From: Candidatus Geohabitans tengchongensis
Lineage (GTDB): Bacteria > Sysuimicrobiota > Sysuimicrobiia > Sysuimicrobiales > Humicultoraceae
Assembly (NCBI GenBank): GCA_031459625.1
Contig: JAVKIH010000002.1
Location: 266,338-330,337 of the forward strand
DNA length: 64,000 nt
Direction of reading: 5' to 3'
Part shown: positions 29,551 to 37,510 of the stretch, in pieces
Numbering within the stretch: position 1 is the first letter of the stretch
Layout: each line of letters begins with the position of its first letter
The notes under the pieces: model-generated
Databases searched by the model: none
The model's input: the letters and a program-made list of their open reading frames with translations, nothing else
Told to the model about the DNA's origin: nothing
Translations under genes and position numbers: made by a program

Positions 29551-30618
29551 ATGGCCGTTACCGCCGGTGGGCCGTTCAACCTGCAGCGCCTCTGGACGTT
29601 TCGCCGGGTGGCGCAGGAGGGGAGCATGACGCGAGCGGCCGCCGCCCTGTTCCTCTCCCAGCCGGCCGTGTCGGCCCAGATCAAGGCCCTGGAACGGGAG
29701 GTCGGGCATCGCCTGTTCCGACGCGGCGGACGAGGAGTGGAACTGACACCCGCCGGTCGAGAACTGATCACACACGTCGAGCGGGGCCTGGCTGCCATTG
29801 AGCGCGGTCTCGCCGCGGTGCGGGGACGGCCGACGACTGAGACCCTGGCCGTGGGCACGGTGGTCTCGGTCAGCCTCGACATGCTCCCGGCCCTCCTCGA
29901 CCGGTTCCACGCACGCCACCCTGAGGTGCGCGTGACGATGCGCACCGGCCATTCCCGCGATGTCGCCCGGATGGTGCTCGACGGATCCGTTCATGTAGGG
30001 TTCGTGGTCGCTCGACCGGACCACCAGAACCTCTCCAGCCGGTTGATCCTGGAGGATCCGGTCATCCTGGTCGGCCCGCCGACACACCACCTGGCTGGTC
30101 AGCGGATCCCGCTGGCCGCACTGCGTTGCGAACTCGTGCTCCTGGCGCGGTGGGGCGAAGGGTTCGAGCATCTCCAGGAGGCGTTGCGGGCGCGGCTGGG
30201 CGAGGAGTTCTCGCCCGCGGTCCAGGTGGACCCCGCCGAGGCGGCCAAACGCATGGTCCTCCAGGGCGTCGGGCTGACGTTTCTCGGGGAGAGCATGGCC
30301 TGCCACGAGCTCCGGACCGGTCAGCTGGCGCGCATCGAGGTGGCGGACCTGCCCCCCCTGTACCGACGGGTGTACGTCATCTGGCGAGGGGAGGCCCGGG
30401 AGGCGTCCGCCAGGGACAGGTTCCTCGCAACGCTGTGGGGTGAAGCAGGGACGGTGCCGACTACCCTCCCGGCAAGGGTGGCGGCAACCGTCGGAAGGCG
30501 ACGGCCGCCGCACCCACCAGCCCGGCCTCCTCGCCCAGCGCTGCCGGCACCAGGCGCACCGCCTCCAGCGGCCGGGCGAACGCCCGCTCCCGAGCGGCCC
30601 GCCAGAGCGGGGCCATGA
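29551..30618 (+). CDS. LysR-family transcriptional regulator (the 3' end is probably earlier, ~30480; the ORF-track end overlaps the convergent ROK gene)
   Basis: HTH region (LQRLWTFRRVAQEGSMTRAAAALFLSQPAVSAQIKALEREVGHRLFRR) followed by a LysR substrate-binding domain. It is divergent from the M24/Dpp operon. Confidence 0.85.
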   Translation: MAVTAGGPFNLQRLWTFRRVAQEGSMTRAAAALFLSQPAVSAQIKALEREVGHRLFRRGGRGVELTPAGRELITHVERGLAAIERGLAAVRGRPTTETLAVGTVVSVSLDMLPALLDRFHARHPEVRVTMRTGHSRDVARMVLDGSVHVGFVVARPDHQNLSSRLILEDPVILVGPPTHHLAGQRIPLAALRCELVLLARWGEGFEHLQEALRARLGEEFSPAVQVDPAEAAKRMVLQGVGLTFLGESMACHELRTGQLARIEVADLPPLYRRVYVIWRGEAREASARDRFLATLWGEAGTVPTTLPARVAATVGRRRPPHPPARPPRPALPAPGAPPPAAGRTPAPERPARAGP

Positions 30619-31435
30619 TCAGGTCCCCGGCCTGCATCACCCCGCCCCCCAGGATGATGAGCGGCGGGTTGAGCAGGTTCACCAGCGAGGCCACGGCGGC
30701 ACCGAGCGCGGTCCCGGCCCGCTCGTAGATCGCCCGGGCCACGGGGTCGCCGGCGCGGGCGGCCTCGGCCACCGTGCGGGCGGAGAGCTCCTCGGGAGGG
30801 AGCTCTCGTAGCGAGGTGGCCTCGCCCCGGGCCAGGGCTTCCCGTGCCGCGCGGGCGATTGCCCGTCCCGAGGCCAGCCCCTCCAGGTGACCCGGCTGCC
30901 CGCAGAAGCACGGGGGACCATCGAGGGCCACGGTCATGTGCCCGACCTCGCCGGCCGTCCCGCTCACCCCGCTGTAGAGCTCCCCGCCCAGGATCAGTCC
31001 GCCGCCCACCCCGGTGCTCACGGTGATGTAGACCAGGTCCGTCACACCCCGGCCCGCCCCCACCCAGGCCTCTCCCAGGGCCGCGGCGTTGGCGTCGTTC
31101 TCCACGGCCGCGGGCAGGCCCAGGCGCTCCTCGAGCAGCGCCCGCAGCGGCACGTCGCGCCACCCCACCAGGTTGGGCGGCTCGAAGACGACCCCGCTGC
31201 GCGGGTCGAGGGGGCCGGGCGCCCCGGCGGCGACACCCACCAGCGCCTCCCGGGTGACGGCCGCCTCCGCCAGGACGTGGGCGGCCGCCCCGGCCACCGC
31301 GGCCACCACCGCGTCCGGTCCGCCGGTGGGGGTGGGGAGTGTGCGGTGGGCCAGGACGCGCCCGTCGCCACCGACCACCCCGACCCGGGTCCGGGTGCCC
31401 CCGATGTCCACCGCCAGCGCCGCCCGGGCTGCCAT
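30461..31435 (-). CDS. glcK: ROK-family glucokinase
   Basis: MAARAALAVDIGGTRTRVGVV... N-terminal ATPase motif. ROK Zn motif (GHMTVALDGPPCFCGQPGHLE). C-terminal LIILGGGV. Confidence 0.85.
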   Translation of the reverse strand: MAARAALAVDIGGTRTRVGVVGGDGRVLAHRTLPTPTGGPDAVVAAVAGAAAHVLAEAAVTREALVGVAAGAPGPLDPRSGVVFEPPNLVGWRDVPLRALLEERLGLPAAVENDANAAALGEAWVGAGRGVTDLVYITVSTGVGGGLILGGELYSGVSGTAGEVGHMTVALDGPPCFCGQPGHLEGLASGRAIARAAREALARGEATSLRELPPEELSARTVAEAARAGDPVARAIYERAGTALGAAVASLVNLLNPPLIILGGGVMQAGDLIMAPLWRAARERAFARPLEAVRLVPAALGEEAGLVGAAAVAFRRLPPPLPGG

Positions 31436-31550
31436 GGCCGCTCCTCACCCTGTCGCGCCCCACCCTGCCGGACGCCCGTCGCGGACGCGCCGACAGGAGG
31501 CTCGCGGCGTCCTGTGCAATTGTACCGGCAGAGTTCCCGGGAGGTGGGCC

Positions 31551-32450
31551 ATGCCGTTCGTGGGGACGAGCGCCATCCTGCTCATCGCCGTCGTCCTCGT
31601 CGGCTTCCTGATCCTGTACAACGCCATCAAGATCGTCCGCGAGTACCAGCGCCTGGTGGTCTTCCGCCTGGGCCGCTCCATCGGCAGCAAGGGCCCGGGC
31701 ATCGTCTTCCTCATCCCCCTGGTGGACCGCGCCGTCTGGGTGGACCTGCGCGAGTTCTTCCTGGAGATCCCCAGCCAGACGACCATCACCAAGGACAACG
31801 CCCCCATCAACATCGACTTCCTGATCTACTTCAAGGTGCTGAACCCCGAGATGTCGGTGATCCAGGTGCAGGACTTTGCGGGGGCGGCGCGGGGGATCGC
31901 CACCACCACCCTGCGCGCCGTCATCGGCGACATCATGCTCGACGACGTGCTGGCCCGGCGCGAGCAGATCAACCAGGTGCTGCGGGCCAAGCTGGACGAG
32001 GTCACCGAGCGCTGGGGCGTGAAGGTCACCACGGTGGAGATCCGCGAGATCCTGCCGCCGCGCGAGGTCCAGGAGGCGATGACCCGGCAGATGTCGGCGG
32101 AGCGCAGCCGGCGCGCGCTGGTCACGGAGGCGGACGGCAAGCGCGAGGCGGCCATCAAGGTAGCGGAAGGGGAGAAGCAGGCGGCGATCCTCAAGGCGGA
32201 GGGCGACCGCCAGGCGGCCATCCTGCGCGCCGAGGGGTTTGCGCTGGCGCTGGACAAGATCTTCGCCGTGGCCCAGAACGTCGACAGCAAGACGATGGCC
32301 CTGCAGTACCTGGAGGCCCTCAAGGCGCTCGGCGCCAGCCCGGCCACGAAGTTCATCTTCCCCCTGGAATTCTCCCGGCTGCTGGGGCCGCTCGGGGACA
32401 TGGCGGGGCAGGCCTTCGGGCGCCCGCCCGGCGAGGAGCGGTCGTCGTAG
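31551..32450 (+). CDS. SPFH/band-7 (stomatin-like) membrane protein
   Basis: GGAGG-type RBS. N-terminal TM segment then YNAIKIVREYQRLVVFRLGR...KDNAPINIDFLIYFKVLNP... and a coiled-coil tail rich in KAEG/EA repeats. Confidence 0.85.
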   Translation: MPFVGTSAILLIAVVLVGFLILYNAIKIVREYQRLVVFRLGRSIGSKGPGIVFLIPLVDRAVWVDLREFFLEIPSQTTITKDNAPINIDFLIYFKVLNPEMSVIQVQDFAGAARGIATTTLRAVIGDIMLDDVLARREQINQVLRAKLDEVTERWGVKVTTVEIREILPPREVQEAMTRQMSAERSRRALVTEADGKREAAIKVAEGEKQAAILKAEGDRQAAILRAEGFALALDKIFAVAQNVDSKTMALQYLEALKALGASPATKFIFPLEFSRLLGPLGDMAGQAFGRPPGEERSS

Positions 32451-32528
32451 CGGCCCGGCGACGCGGCCGACGGTCGGCCTGACCTGACGGCGGAGCCCCC
32501 GTCGGCAGGCGGCGACGCGGGGCTGCGC

Positions 32529-33740
32529 TCAGCCCTCCGCGCCCGCGTCGGGTTCGGGGACCTGCCGGAGGGTGCGCACCGGTGAGCCGAGGACCCAGAG
32601 GAAAGGCGTCAGCGAGCCCAGCACTCCCACGAGCACCGCGGCGCGCAGCCCCAACCCCTCGCCGAGCGCGCCCCCGACCAGGCTGCCGAGCGGAATGGTC
32701 CCCCAGACCAGGAAGCGCATCGTGGCGTTCAGCCGTCCCTGCAGGCGCTGCGGGACGATGGCCTGGCGCAGCGAGACCTGGTTGACGTTGTAGATCAGGC
32801 CGCCGGCGCTGCCCACGAAGCCTCCCGCCACCAGCAACGGCGCGGCGGTGGCCGGGGTCGCCACCAGGAGCGGCAGGAAGTACGCGCCGAACAGCGCGGC
32901 GCTCCCCACGATCGTCGGGCCGACGCCGAAGCGCCGCGCCAGCCGTCCCGCCAGCGTCGCCCCCACGAGGCCGCCGGTATTCCCCACACCGAAGATCAGG
33001 CCGAGCGTGGCGGGAGAGAGCCCCAGCACACCCGTGGCGTAGAGGATGAAGAGCGCTCCCACCGCCGAGGAGAAGAAGTTCGAGGTCCCGGTGGTGGCCG
33101 CGATGGCCCGCAGCAAGCGGTGGCCGACCACCACCGCCAGCCCCTCGCGGATCTCCGTCAGCACCGGGCGCCGGTTCGCCGGATCCGGAGGGTCCTCAGG
33201 CCGACGGATGCGCGCCAGGAGCCCTCCGGACACGAGGTAGGAGAGGGCGTCGAGGACGAGGGCGAAGGGCGCGGTGAGGACCTCGATCACCACGCCGGCG
33301 ATCCCGGGGCTGGCGATCTGGGCCAGCGAGCGGGTGGCCTCGAGCTTGCTGTTGCCCTCGACGAGCTGGCGGCGGTCCACCAGGGACGGGAGATACGCCT
33401 GGTAGGCGACGTCGAAGAAGACCGTGCACACCCCCACGAGGAAGCCCACGACGTAGAGCTGGCCCATCCCCAGGGCGCCGGCGACCGCCGCCGCGGGGAT
33501 GGTGAGGAGCAGTGCCGCCCGGGCCACGTCGCCGGCGACGAGCACGGGGCGCCGGCGCACCCGGTCGACCCAGACGCCGGCGACGAGGCCGACCAGGAGG
33601 AATGGGGCGAACTCCGCCGCCCCCAGGATCCCCATCTGCGCGGGGGTGGCCTGCAGGGTGGTGGCGGCGATGAGCGGCAGGGCGAGCTGGGTGAAGCCGC
33701 TGCCGAAGACGGAGATGGTCTGCGCCACCCACAGGCGCAT
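32529..33740 (-). CDS. MFS transporter
   Basis: A 12-TM profile of about 400 aa (MRLWVAQTISVFGSGFTQLALPLIA...). Confidence 0.8.
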   Translation of the reverse strand: MRLWVAQTISVFGSGFTQLALPLIAATTLQATPAQMGILGAAEFAPFLLVGLVAGVWVDRVRRRPVLVAGDVARAALLLTIPAAAVAGALGMGQLYVVGFLVGVCTVFFDVAYQAYLPSLVDRRQLVEGNSKLEATRSLAQIASPGIAGVVIEVLTAPFALVLDALSYLVSGGLLARIRRPEDPPDPANRRPVLTEIREGLAVVVGHRLLRAIAATTGTSNFFSSAVGALFILYATGVLGLSPATLGLIFGVGNTGGLVGATLAGRLARRFGVGPTIVGSAALFGAYFLPLLVATPATAAPLLVAGGFVGSAGGLIYNVNQVSLRQAIVPQRLQGRLNATMRFLVWGTIPLGSLVGGALGEGLGLRAAVLVGVLGSLTPFLWVLGSPVRTLRQVPEPDAGAEG

Positions 33741-33802
33741 GAAGTCCCCGTGGCGCCACAGCGTGGGGGCAGGGGGGAGCGCCTGGCTGTCTTCCAGCGC
33801 TC

Positions 33803-34171
33803 CTACTCCACGGTGATCTCGACGTGGGTGCCGTCTGGCGCGGTCACGTCGACGAGCTTGCCGGCCACGTCGCCGTTGCGGATGGCGGCGACGAGGCGGG
33901 CCAGGTCGAGGGGTTCGCCGCCGGCCCGGAGCTGCACGCCCCGGGGGAGGACGCGCAGGACCAGGTCGGCCAGGGCGGTGGGCACGGCCAGGTTGACCCG
34001 CTCGCCGGCGGCACCGCGCACCATGACGCGGATCAGGCGCGCGCGGCCGCCCGGGCCCTCGCGCGGCGTCTCCAGCGCGTCCAGGAGCTGCTCGGCCTCC
34101 TCGGGTGAGAGCTTCCCCTCCCGGACCATCTCCAGGATGCGCCGACGCTCCTCCACGACGGACCGCGCCAC
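33803..34171 (-). CDS. Small protein with an N-terminal SHOCT-like helical motif (RRRILEMVREGKLSPEEAEQLLDAL); last gene of the DUF2089 / DUF4097 operon
   Basis: Its N-terminal ~25 aa repeat the motif found at the N-terminus of the preceding DUF4097 gene and at the C-terminus of the DUF2089 gene. Function unknown. Confidence 0.55.
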   Translation of the reverse strand: MARSVVEERRRILEMVREGKLSPEEAEQLLDALETPREGPGGRARLIRVMVRGAAGERVNLAVPTALADLVLRVLPRGVQLRAGGEPLDLARLVAAIRNGDVAGKLVDVTAPDGTHVEITVE

Positions 34172-35452
34172 CTACAGCGCCTCCCCCGTCCGCCGGCGTC
34201 GCAGGCGCAGGTCACCCGAGGTGATGCGGAAGCGCAGGCGCCCCTGTCCGCTGCCCAGCCGTCCCTCCACCCGCCCGCGGGAACGGCGGAGCTCCTCGAG
34301 CGGCAGGTCGACGGCCAGATCCCCGGAGCGCACCTCTGCCTCCACGGCGCCTGCGGCCTCGCCCAGCGCCGCCTCCACGTCGCCGTGCACCACCTCCACG
34401 CTCACCTCCCCGGGCTCACGCAGGCGCGCCAGGTCCAGGGCCACGTCGCCCGAGACGACCTGCAGGTGCACCCGCTGCGCCTCGTCGGCCGAGACCTCCA
34501 GGTCGCCGTGGCGCACGGAGGCGTCCAGGTCGCCACGGAGGCGGCGGACGGCCACGTCGCCGCTCGTGGCCTCCAGGACGACCGCTCCCGCCGCTTCGGT
34601 CACCTCCACGTCGCCGCGCAGCACCTGGAGCGCGGCGTCGCCGGCCAGCCGCCGCACCGAGAGGGTGCCGCTCACCACCGAGACCCGCAGCCGACCGCGC
34701 ACGTCCTCCACCGTGAGGTCGCCCTGCTTCACGCGGAGCTCGCAGGCGGCCGCCCCCCGCACCTGCACGTCGCCGCTGCCCACCACCGCCTCCACGGGGG
34801 CCCCGGCGGGAACTTCCACCACGAGGTCGGCGCGAACCCGCCCGTAGCGTCCCTGCAGCCCGGGGGTGTGCACCTCGACGACCGCGTCCTGGCCTCGCGG
34901 CGCGACCTCCAGGCGGATCCGGTCGAGGAGGTCCGACGCGGCCTCACCGGGCGCCCACACCTGCACCTGCGCGTGCACCTGCACCTCCCGGCCCGCGGTC
35001 TCCCGCACGGTGAGGTCGCCGCGCGGGAGGGCGACGCGCACCGTGCCGCCGTCGCCCAGCGGCGCGGTCAGGTCCACGTCCCTGCGGGCCCTCGAGAAGC
35101 TGGAGAGGTCACGCACCAGGTCGGGGGCGCCGATGCCCTCCCGGCGCAGCTCCTCGCGCAGCGCGCGCAGCGCTTCCCGGGTGGCGCGCGCGACAGTCAG
35201 GCCGGGACGGGCCCGGCGGAGCGCCTCACGGACCGTCTCCCCGATGCGCTCTCCCAGGTCGGCACCGACCGGCCACGCCGTGTGGCGTGCGGACGCCTCT
35301 CCCTCCCCACGTCCCGCGCCACCCGGGCCGGCCTCCTCGTCCGGGCGCGGCATCTCGGCCTCGCCCAGGGCCTCCAGAAGCGCGTCCGCCTCCTCGACCG
35401 AGAGCCGTCCTTCCCTCAGCATCCGCAGGACCCTGAGCCGCTCGTCGCTCAC
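34172..35452 (-). CDS. DUF4097-family (YvlB/LiaG-like putative adhesin, beta-helical repeat) protein with an N-terminal SHOCT-like motif
   Basis: N-terminal MSDERLRVLRMLREGRLSVEEADALLEAL. Then many GD(L/V)xV / SGDVxV strand repeats (…GSGDVQVRGAA…VSGTLSVRRLAGDAALQVLRGDVEVTE…TSGDVAVRRLRGDLDASVRHGDLEVS…), characteristic of DUF4097. GTG start. Confidence 0.75.
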   Translation of the reverse strand: MSDERLRVLRMLREGRLSVEEADALLEALGEAEMPRPDEEAGPGGAGRGEGEASARHTAWPVGADLGERIGETVREALRRARPGLTVARATREALRALREELRREGIGAPDLVRDLSSFSRARRDVDLTAPLGDGGTVRVALPRGDLTVRETAGREVQVHAQVQVWAPGEAASDLLDRIRLEVAPRGQDAVVEVHTPGLQGRYGRVRADLVVEVPAGAPVEAVVGSGDVQVRGAAACELRVKQGDLTVEDVRGRLRVSVVSGTLSVRRLAGDAALQVLRGDVEVTEAAGAVVLEATSGDVAVRRLRGDLDASVRHGDLEVSADEAQRVHLQVVSGDVALDLARLREPGEVSVEVVHGDVEAALGEAAGAVEAEVRSGDLAVDLPLEELRRSRGRVEGRLGSGQGRLRFRITSGDLRLRRRRTGEAL

Positions 35453-35724
35453 CGCGCGCCTCCCAGGCGGCCGTCGGCGCCGCTCAGACCGCCGTTCACA
35501 CCTTCCAGGCCGCCGTTCACGCCTCTCAGGCTCCCGGTGGAGACCTCCAGGCCGCCGAGGCGCTCCCCGAGGCGCTCCAGCGACCGCCCCACCCGGACGA
35601 GGAGGTGGGCGGCCGGGTGGGGGCGTGGCCCACGCGCCGCCGACGCGCGGCGCTCCGCCTCGGCCTCGCGTCGCAGCTCGGCGAGCCGCTCGTGCGCCAA
35701 CCAGGAGAAGAGTGGCTCGTGCAT
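35449..35724 (-). CDS. Small hypothetical protein (92 aa) with a Gly-rich C-terminal repeat (GGLEGVNGGLSGADGRLGG)
   Basis: ATG at 35724 preceded by GGGAGG. Its stop overlaps the DUF4097 start. The product is MHEPLFSWLAHERLAELRREAEAER...LGERLGGLEVSTGSLRGVNGGLEGVNGGLSGADGRLGGAR. No recognisable family. Confidence 0.5.
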   Translation of the reverse strand: MHEPLFSWLAHERLAELRREAEAERRASAARGPRPHPAAHLLVRVGRSLERLGERLGGLEVSTGSLRGVNGGLEGVNGGLSGADGRLGGAR

Positions 35725-35737
35725 CGTGTCCTCCCGG

Positions 35738-36118
35738 CTACCGCCGGCCCCGCAGGAGCCGCACCGCCTCGTCGACGGTGATCTGGCCGGCCTGGAGCTG
35801 GTCGAGCACCTCGCGCCGCCGCTCGGCCGATTCCTCGGCCCGCGCCGCCTCGACGGCATAACCCATCGCCTGGAGGATGGCGTCCAGCCGCGCCCGCACG
35901 GTCGGGTAGGAGACCCCGAGCTCCCGCTCCATCTCCTTGAGGTTGCCGCGCACCTTCAGGAAGGTCTCGACGAAACGCACCTGCTCGGGGTCGAGCCTGG
36001 CCAGGCCCCCGAGCGTGAACCGGCCCTCGATGGTGGTGGCGCAATGGCGGCACTGGAGCCGGACGGCCTCCAGCTGGTCGCCACACACAGGGCACTTTCC
36101 TATGAGGGGATGCGTCAT
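35738..36118 (-). CDS. DUF2089-family protein (N-terminal Zn-ribbon CPVCGDQLEAVRLQCRHC, HTH-like middle region, C-terminal SHOCT-like motif)
   Basis: MTHPLIGKCPVCGDQLEAVRLQCRHCATTIEGRF...FLKVRGNLKEMERELGVSYPTVRARLDAIL...RRREVLDQLQAGQITVDEAVRLLRGRR. The ATG at 36118 is frame-verified. The ORF-track TTG-extended start is unlikely. Confidence 0.75.
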   Translation of the reverse strand: MTHPLIGKCPVCGDQLEAVRLQCRHCATTIEGRFTLGGLARLDPEQVRFVETFLKVRGNLKEMERELGVSYPTVRARLDAILQAMGYAVEAARAEESAERRREVLDQLQAGQITVDEAVRLLRGRR

Positions 36119-36276
36119 CGCCTCTGGGTCCTGCTGCTGAATCGTGTTTGCATTTTGGAGGCTGGGGTCAAGAAAGTCAAGGTACAACTTCGAGAATACT
36201 CCTCACGCAGCATAGACTAAGCAAAATATCGAACATATGAACGAATTATTTGTAGGCTGATCTATCGAACGAAATA

Positions 36277-36310
36277 CGAACAGAACTCGGTCCGGACCGA
36301 GTTCTGTTCG
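36277..36310. repeat. 34-bp perfect palindrome CGAACAGAACTCGGTCC|GGACCGAGTTCTGTTCG within a ~250-bp AT-rich intergenic island, flanked by further CGAAC (left) and GTTCG (right) repeats
   Basis: Read directly. Local GC is about 42-45% against ~72% background. The imperfect symmetry extends to about 58 nt (36265..36322). It lies between the stop of the msmX-like gene and the start of the DUF2089 operon. Confidence 0.8.
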
Positions 36311-36375
36311 GTATCCTGTTCGGTATTCCGAGGAATCCGAGCTTCTGGGGAGGCCCCAGAGGTGTGGACGTCAGC

Positions 36376-37476
36376 TCACAGGATGGCCATGGTCGTCTGC
36401 GGGTTGAAGAGGTGCATCTTGCGCATGTTGAAGACGATCTCCGCCGGGCGGCCCATCTGCGCCTGGCTGTGCGCGTCCACCCGCGCGATCACCTGCTGGT
36501 CGCCCACCGTCACGTAGAGGATGATGTCCGACCCCAGCGGTTCGTGGACGTCCACCATCCCCCGCACCGTCCACTCGGGCGGCGCGTCAGGCTGCAGCGC
36601 CCGGTCGCCGATGTCCTCGGGCCGGATGCCGAAGACCACCTCCTGTCCCAGCCACTCCCGCACGTGCGGCGTCAGGTCGGCCGGGACTGGCAGGCGCAGC
36701 CCGTTCGCCGCCACCTCCACGCGCCCGTTGCGGTCCTCCAGCCGCGCCCGCAGGAAGTTCATCGAGGGGCTGCCGATGAAACCGGCCACGAAGAGGTTGG
36801 CCGGGCGCTCGTAGAGGTTGAGCGGGGTGTCCACCTGCTGCACCACCCCCTCGTTCAGCACCACGATCCGGTCGCCCATGGTCATGGCCTCCACCTGGTC
36901 GTGGGTGACGTAGACGGTCGTCGTCTGCAACCGGGCGTGCAGCTTCTTGATTTCCGCGCGCGTGTGTACGCGCAGCTTGGCGTCCAGGTTGCTGAGCGGC
37001 TCGTCCATGAGGAAGACCTGCGGGTCGCGCACGATGGCCCGCCCCAGGGCGACGCGCTGGCGCTGGCCGCCGGAGAGCTGCTTGGGCTTCCGGTGGAGCA
37101 GGCCCTCGATCCCCAGCAGCGCCGCCGCCTCGCGCACCCGGCGGTCGATCTCCGCCTTCGGGTACTTGCGCAGGCGCAGCCCGAAGGCCATGTTGTCGTA
37201 GACCGACATGTGCGGGTAGAGCGCGTAGTTCTGGAAGACCATGGCGATGTCGCGGTCCTTGGGCGGGACGTCGTTCACCAGGCGGTTGCCGATGTAGATG
37301 TTGCCCTCGGTGAGCTCCTCCAGGCCGGCGATCAGGCGCAGACAGGTCGTCTTGCCGCACCCGGACGGCCCGACGAGCACCGTGAACTCCTTGTCCGGGA
37401 TCTCCAGCGTGACGCGGTTGACGGCCGTGACGTTGCCGAACCGCTTGACCACGTTCTCGAGCCGCACCTCTGCCAC
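36376..37476 (-). CDS. msmX: Sugar ABC transporter ATP-binding protein (MalK/MsmX/UgpC family), stand-alone
   Basis: Walker A (GPSGCGKTT), signature (LSGGQRQRVALGRA), Walker B (FLMDEPLSNLDAKLR) and the C-terminal TOBE/MalK regulatory domain. No permease or SBP gene is adjacent. Confidence 0.95.
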   Translation of the reverse strand: MAEVRLENVVKRFGNVTAVNRVTLEIPDKEFTVLVGPSGCGKTTCLRLIAGLEELTEGNIYIGNRLVNDVPPKDRDIAMVFQNYALYPHMSVYDNMAFGLRLRKYPKAEIDRRVREAAALLGIEGLLHRKPKQLSGGQRQRVALGRAIVRDPQVFLMDEPLSNLDAKLRVHTRAEIKKLHARLQTTTVYVTHDQVEAMTMGDRIVVLNEGVVQQVDTPLNLYERPANLFVAGFIGSPSMNFLRARLEDRNGRVEVAANGLRLPVPADLTPHVREWLGQEVVFGIRPEDIGDRALQPDAPPEWTVRGMVDVHEPLGSDIILYVTVGDQQVIARVDAHSQAQMGRPAEIVFNMRKMHLFNPQTTMAIL

Positions 37477-37510
37477 CGATCCTCACCTGCCTCCGTGCCT
37501 GCCCGGGATC

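Noticed and set aside
30461-30618. 158-nt convergent overlap between the LysR ORF and the ROK glucokinase gene
   Set aside because: Most likely the LysR ORF is over-extended because no stop occurs until 30618; a LysR of ~300 aa would end near 30450-30480. This is not evidence of a real overlap or fusion.
36230-36243. CGAACATATGAACG resembling the Cheo box CGAACATATGTTCG
   Set aside because: The right half-site is GAACG instead of GTTCG (two mismatches breaking the dyad). It is treated as part of the CGAAC repeat family in the AT-rich island rather than a LexA site.
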